This document shows positions 36,483 through 40,490 of a DNA stretch of 40,490 nucleotides, piece after piece (position 1 is the first letter of the stretch; every line of letters starts with the position of its first letter). Under the pieces are notes generated by a model. That model was not told the DNA's origin. It worked only from the letters and a program-made list of their open reading frames with translations, and searched no databases. This stretch comes from an uncultured Alphaproteobacteria bacterium. GTDB lineage: Bacteria; Pseudomonadota; Alphaproteobacteria; JAAXGF01. The stretch lies in NCBI GenBank assembly GCA_964531525.1, contig CAZHDF010000006.1, forward strand, positions 1 through 40,490, written 5' to 3'. The translations under genes were made by a program, and so were the position numbers.

Positions 36483-37571
36483 ATGAGCATGTCCTTACCG
36501 CTCGCGTTCGCGGCCATCGTCGCGACGGCCGTTGTTTCGGCGGCGCTGACCCGGGGCATGATCGCCATCGGCATCGCCGATCTACCCAACGCGCGCTCGT
36601 CTCACGATCGTCCGGTACCCAAGGCGGGGGGCGTGGCGGTCGCGATCGCCTTCGTCGCGGGGCTCGCCGCGCTCGCGCTCGGCGGCGACGCGGGCCTCGC
36701 GCCGGAGGGGCGGCTCGCGGCCTTTCTGGGCCTCGCGCTCGCGGTCGCGGCCTTCGGCCTGCTCGACGATCTTTTCGGACTCGCGGCGCGGACCAAGCTC
36801 GCCGTTCAAGTGGCGCTCGCGCTCGCCTTCTCGATCCTGGTCGCGCGCATCGAGCAGGTGACGCTTCCCGGGCTGGGCACGCTCGCGCTCGGCCCCTTCG
36901 GGTATCTGGCGACGGTTCTATGGCTGGTCGGGTTCATGAACGTGTTCAACTTCATGGACGGGATCAACGGCATTGCCGGCGGCGCGGCGGCGATCGCGGG
37001 CGTTGCGCTGGGTCTGATCGCGGCCGATGCGGGGGCGGGGCTCGTGGCGGCGGCGAGCCCGGTGCTGATCGGCGCGGTGCTCGGCTTTCTTCCGTTCAAC
37101 TTCCCGCGCGGGCGCATTTTTCTGGGCGATACGGGAAGCCAGTTCATCGCCTTCGCCCTCGCCGCGCTCGCGGTCCTGGGCTCGGCCAGGGCGGGGGACA
37201 AGGTCTCGATCTTCGTCGTGCCGATGATCTTCTATCCCTTCGTCTACGACGTCGCGGCGACGCTGGTCCGCAAGCTGCGCGTCGGGAGGCCGCTGTTCGC
37301 CGCACACCGCGAGCACCACTACCAGCTTCTCGTTCGGATGGGCTGGTCGCATGCGCGCGCGGCCGGCCTCTATTTCGCGCTCGTCGCGGCCCATGGAGTC
37401 GCGGCCTGGGCGCTCCAGGCGGCCGATCCGGCGACGCGGCTCGCCTGGATGGCGGCGCCCTTGCCGGCCTATCTCGTCTGGACCGCGCTGCTCTATCGCG
37501 CCGCGCGCCGGGCCCGCATTCCGGGCTTCGGCGAGATCGAGACTGACGCCGGCCCGCCCGACGGGGTATAA
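36483..37571 (+). CDS. Glycosyltransferase family 4 (MraY/WecA-like polyprenyl-phosphate HexNAc-1-P transferase)
   Basis: DLPNARSSH..PVPKAGG, GLLDD, NVFNFMDGING, FLGDTGS, AHREHHYQ; multiple TM segments. Confidence 0.92.
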   Translation: MSMSLPLAFAAIVATAVVSAALTRGMIAIGIADLPNARSSHDRPVPKAGGVAVAIAFVAGLAALALGGDAGLAPEGRLAAFLGLALAVAAFGLLDDLFGLAARTKLAVQVALALAFSILVARIEQVTLPGLGTLALGPFGYLATVLWLVGFMNVFNFMDGINGIAGGAAAIAGVALGLIAADAGAGLVAAASPVLIGAVLGFLPFNFPRGRIFLGDTGSQFIAFALAALAVLGSARAGDKVSIFVVPMIFYPFVYDVAATLVRKLRVGRPLFAAHREHHYQLLVRMGWSHARAAGLYFALVAAHGVAAWALQAADPATRLAWMAAPLPAYLVWTALLYRAARRARIPGFGEIETDAGPPDGV

Positions 37572-37634
37572 GGGAGGCGACGCCGACGGTTCGCGAACCG
37601 GGCGGCGGCCGTTCGCGACGAACGGAGATCGTCC

Positions 37635-38942
37635 ATGGGTTGTTGTCATTTTTACGCACCCGCCGAGGGCGGCGATCAGGCCTTCGCGGTCGATGTCGCG
37701 GCGATTACCTTCGGCGCCGGCGTGCTCGCCGAGGCGGGGGATCACGCCCGCGCGCTCGGCATGACCCGGGTGGCGCTGTTCACCGACAAGGGCATCGCTC
37801 GGCTGCCCCATCTCGAGACGGTGCGGTCCTCGCTCATCGCCGCCGGGCTCGACGTCGCGGTCTACGACGCGGTTCATGTCGAGCCGACCGACCGTTCGTT
37901 CATGGACGCCGCGCGCTTCGCCACCGAGGGCCGGTTCGACGGCTTCGTCTCGGTCGGCGGCGGCTCGGTGATCGACACCTGCAAGGCGGCCAATCTCTAC
38001 AGCCGCTATCCGGCGGATTTCCTCGCCTACGTCAACGCGCCGATCGGCGGCGGCGAGGCGGTGCCCGGGCCGCTCGCGCCGCATATCGCCTGTCCCACCA
38101 CCTGCGGGACGGGGAGCGAATGCACCGGGATCGCGATCTTCGATCTGTTGTCGATGCGCGCCAAGACCGGGATCGTCTCGCGCCGGCTGCGCCCGACCCG
38201 GGCGCTGATCGACCCCGACACGACGACCACCCTGCCCGCAAGCGTGGTCGCGGCGAGCGGCTTCGACGTGCTGAGCCATGCGCTCGAATCCTATACCGCG
38301 CGGCCCTATACCCGGCGCGCCGCGCCCGCGCGCCCGAGTCTGCGCCCCATGAGCCAGGGAGCCAACCCGTGGAGCGACCTCGGCTGCCGCGAGGCGCTGC
38401 GGCTCGCCGGAGACTATCTCGTGCGCGCGGTCGCCGACGCCGGGGACCGCGAGGCGCGCGGCCAACTCATGTGGGGGGCGACGCTCGCCGGCATCGCCTT
38501 CGGCAACGCGGGCTGTCACCTGCCGCACGGCATGTCGTACTCGGTTTCGGGGCTGGTGCGCGATTTCCGCCCGCAAGGGTATCCCGACGGCGAGCCGATC
38601 GTGCCCCACGGCATGTCGGTGATCGTCAACGCGCCGGCGGCCTTCCGCTTCACCGCCCCGGCCTGCCCCGAGCGCCATCTCGAGGCGGCGCGCGCGCTCG
38701 GCGCCGAGACGCGCGGGGCGGGGCCCGACGACGCCGGCGCGGTGGTCGCCGAGCGCATCATCGCGCTGATGAAGGCCGCCGAGCTGCCCAACGGCATCGG
38801 CGGCGTCGGTTATCGCGACGCCGATATCCCGGCGCTCGCCGAGGGCTCCTACCCCCAACGGCGCCTGCTCGACAACGCGCCCCGCGCGGTCGACAAGACC
38901 GACCTCGCGGCAATCTACGCCGATGCGCTCGCCTACTGGTAA
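37635..38942 (+). CDS. Hydroxyacid-oxoacid transhydrogenase-type iron-containing alcohol dehydrogenase
   Basis: [61 protein letters not shown]. Confidence 0.9.
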   Translation: MGCCHFYAPAEGGDQAFAVDVAAITFGAGVLAEAGDHARALGMTRVALFTDKGIARLPHLETVRSSLIAAGLDVAVYDAVHVEPTDRSFMDAARFATEGRFDGFVSVGGGSVIDTCKAANLYSRYPADFLAYVNAPIGGGEAVPGPLAPHIACPTTCGTGSECTGIAIFDLLSMRAKTGIVSRRLRPTRALIDPDTTTTLPASVVAASGFDVLSHALESYTARPYTRRAAPARPSLRPMSQGANPWSDLGCREALRLAGDYLVRAVADAGDREARGQLMWGATLAGIAFGNAGCHLPHGMSYSVSGLVRDFRPQGYPDGEPIVPHGMSVIVNAPAAFRFTAPACPERHLEAARALGAETRGAGPDDAGAVVAERIIALMKAAELPNGIGGVGYRDADIPALAEGSYPQRRLLDNAPRAVDKTDLAAIYADALAYW

Positions 38943-39600
38943 ATCGGGCGGCGCCAAGGCGCCGTTCTTCCCCTGGTCGGACGACTACAGCGTCCATGTC
39001 CGGGTTATCGACAACGATCACAAGGAACTCGTCTCGCTCGTCAACGAACTGCACGCCGCGATCGCGGAAGGTGCGTCCGAGGGCGTGATCGGGCATGTGA
39101 TCGCGGGCCTCGCGCGCTACGCCAACGAGCATTTCGAGCGCGAGGAGAAGCTGATGGCCGAATACGGCTTTCCCGCGCTCGCATCGCATCGCGAGCAGCA
39201 CCGGCTGTTCACCCAGGTGATCGCCGCGTTCGAGAAGGTGCACGGCGAGGCGCCGGGCGATCTCGACCACGACCGGCTGTCCGCCTTTCTCAAGGATTGG
39301 CTGGTCCACCATATCCTGGGCTCGGACCGGCGCTACGTCCCCTATCTTCTCGGCGAGGCCGCGCCCGAGCCGCCGCCCGCCGCCGCCGATCCGGCGCCCA
39401 TCGACCCGACGCTCGAGGAAACCGTCGAGGTGACAGTGACGGTGCCCAGGTCGCGCGAGCGCGCGATCCAACGCTGCGCCTATCTCTTGCGCATGGGCGG
39501 CGAAGGGGGCGCGGCGATCGTCGATATCGTGGAGCACCCGCTTCTCGGCCTCTCGCTCGAAGAGGCCAAGGCGATCATTCACGAGCTGTTCAAGGATTGA
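38923..39600 (+). CDS. Bacteriohemerythrin with C-terminal extension
   Basis: W...YSV....[29 protein letters not shown] iron-ligand pattern; start uncertain. Confidence 0.88.
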   Translation: MRSPTGKSGGAKAPFFPWSDDYSVHVRVIDNDHKELVSLVNELHAAIAEGASEGVIGHVIAGLARYANEHFEREEKLMAEYGFPALASHREQHRLFTQVIAAFEKVHGEAPGDLDHDRLSAFLKDWLVHHILGSDRRYVPYLLGEAAPEPPPAAADPAPIDPTLEETVEVTVTVPRSRERAIQRCAYLLRMGGEGGAAIVDIVEHPLLGLSLEEAKAIIHELFKD

Positions 39601-39639
39601 GCGGTCCGGCGGCGGTTCATGCCACCGCCGAAAGGGGGG

Positions 39640-39963
39640 TCAGCCCCGCGCCGCCTTGCCGCCACCGAGGCAGGGTGGGCTTTCGCCCACGTCGCCCGCG
39701 CGCGCCTCCCACTCCTCGGCCGTAAGCGCGACCAGCGACAGCGCGTGTAGCGGCCCCGCAAGCTCGTCGGCGAGCAGCCGGTTGATCATCTGATGGCGCG
39801 CGACGCGGGGCTTGCCGGCGAAGGCATCGGCCACCACGACGACGCGGAAATGCTTTTCCGAGCCCGGCGGCACCCGGTGCTTGTGGCTTTCGTTGACGAC
39901 CGCGAGATGAACGGGCGCGAGCGCCTCGCGAAGCCTGGTCTCGATGATCTCGCGCATGGCCAT
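39640..39963 (-). CDS. bolA: BolA-family protein
   Basis: NESHKH, SEKHFRVVVV, F.GK.RVARHQMI, LHALSL, SPPCLGG. Confidence 0.92.
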   Translation of the reverse strand: MAMREIIETRLREALAPVHLAVVNESHKHRVPPGSEKHFRVVVVADAFAGKPRVARHQMINRLLADELAGPLHALSLVALTAEEWEARAGDVGESPPCLGGGKAARG

Positions 39964-39979
39964 CGGTATCGCCCTTGTA

Positions 39980-40411
39980 TTAGTTGGCGCGTCGCTCGCG
40001 CATCACGTAGAAGCCGTTCTCCAGTCCCGCGAAGACGGTTTCGACCTCGGGGTGCGAGACGGGCCGGTCGCTGTCGTCGACCACCAGGTTCTGCTCCGAG
40101 ACATAGGCGACGTAGGTCGAGCTCTCGTTCTCGGCGAACAGGTGGTAGAAGGGCTGATCCTTCTCCGGGCGCACCTCCTCGGGGATCGCGAGCCACCATT
40201 CCTCGGTGTTGTCGAACACCGGGTCGACGTCGAACACCACGCCCCGAAAATCATAGATCCGATGGCGGACGATTTCGCCGATGCGAAACTTCGCCGTCCG
40301 CACGATGGGCGCGTCGGAGTTCGCGGCCGCGCGCTCGGCGGCCAGGGTCTCGGCCGCCAGCGTCTCGCCGGCCGAGGGCTTCGCGGGCATGTGAGGGCGG
40401 TGTCGATCCAT
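39980..40411 (-). CDS. hspQ: Heat shock protein HspQ (YccV-like)
   Basis: AKFRIGEIVRHR..FRGVVFDVDP, DQPFYHLFAEN, AYVSEQNL; the true start may be downstream. Confidence 0.92.
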   Translation of the reverse strand: MDRHRPHMPAKPSAGETLAAETLAAERAAANSDAPIVRTAKFRIGEIVRHRIYDFRGVVFDVDPVFDNTEEWWLAIPEEVRPEKDQPFYHLFAENESSTYVAYVSEQNLVVDDSDRPVSHPEVETVFAGLENGFYVMRERRAN

Positions 40412-40422
40412 GTCAACTCGTT

Positions 40423-40461
40423 CCGTTACCTGGGGCCGTTACCTGGGGCCGTTACCTGGAG
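40423..40461 (+). repeat. Tandem 13-bp repeat CCGTTACCTGGGG x3
   Basis: Two exact copies plus one with a single mismatch, directly upstream of hspQ. Confidence 0.85.
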
Positions 40462-40490
40462 CGGCCTAATCAATTCGCGCAGCCTTGCAC

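Noticed and set aside
40423-40461. Possible CRISPR array
   Set aside because: The 13-bp units are directly adjacent with no spacers, and there are no cas genes in the window.

Overview
The window has two parts. Bases 1-~20080 are the right-hand end of a lower-GC integrative island in what looks like an alphaproteobacterium. The island ends at a tyrosine integrase and the displaced 3' half of a tRNA-Leu(CAA), which is the att site. Its cargo is mainly defence genes: a complete type 1 BREX operon (brxA-brxB-brxC-pglX-pglZ-brxL, minus strand) preceded by a truncated DEAD/DEAH helicase. Divergent from it is a three-gene operon: AbiEi antitoxin, an AbiEii nucleotidyltransferase fused to a WYL domain and a Zn finger, and a RelA/SpoT small alarmone synthetase-like protein with a C-terminal Cys/His domain. 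After these come an IS1111-type IS110 element (15-bp subterminal IRs, downstream non-coding region, inserted into a hairpin) and a frameshifted remnant of a second integrase. Bases ~20080-40490 are very GC-rich host chromosome: wrbA/doxX/hxlR, D-aminoacylase, two TPP enzymes, acyl-CoA dehydrogenase, GNAT, YqgE/AlgH, msrA, a giant 15-residue-repeat coiled-coil protein divergent from a PodJ-N-like protein with CtrA-like boxes between them, a MraY/WecA-like transferase, a HOT-type Fe-ADH, hemerythrin, bolA and hspQ. The best candidate for an undescribed system is the AbiEi / AbiEii-WYL-ZnF / SAS operon beside BREX. All calls come from reading motifs by eye; no database searches were run.
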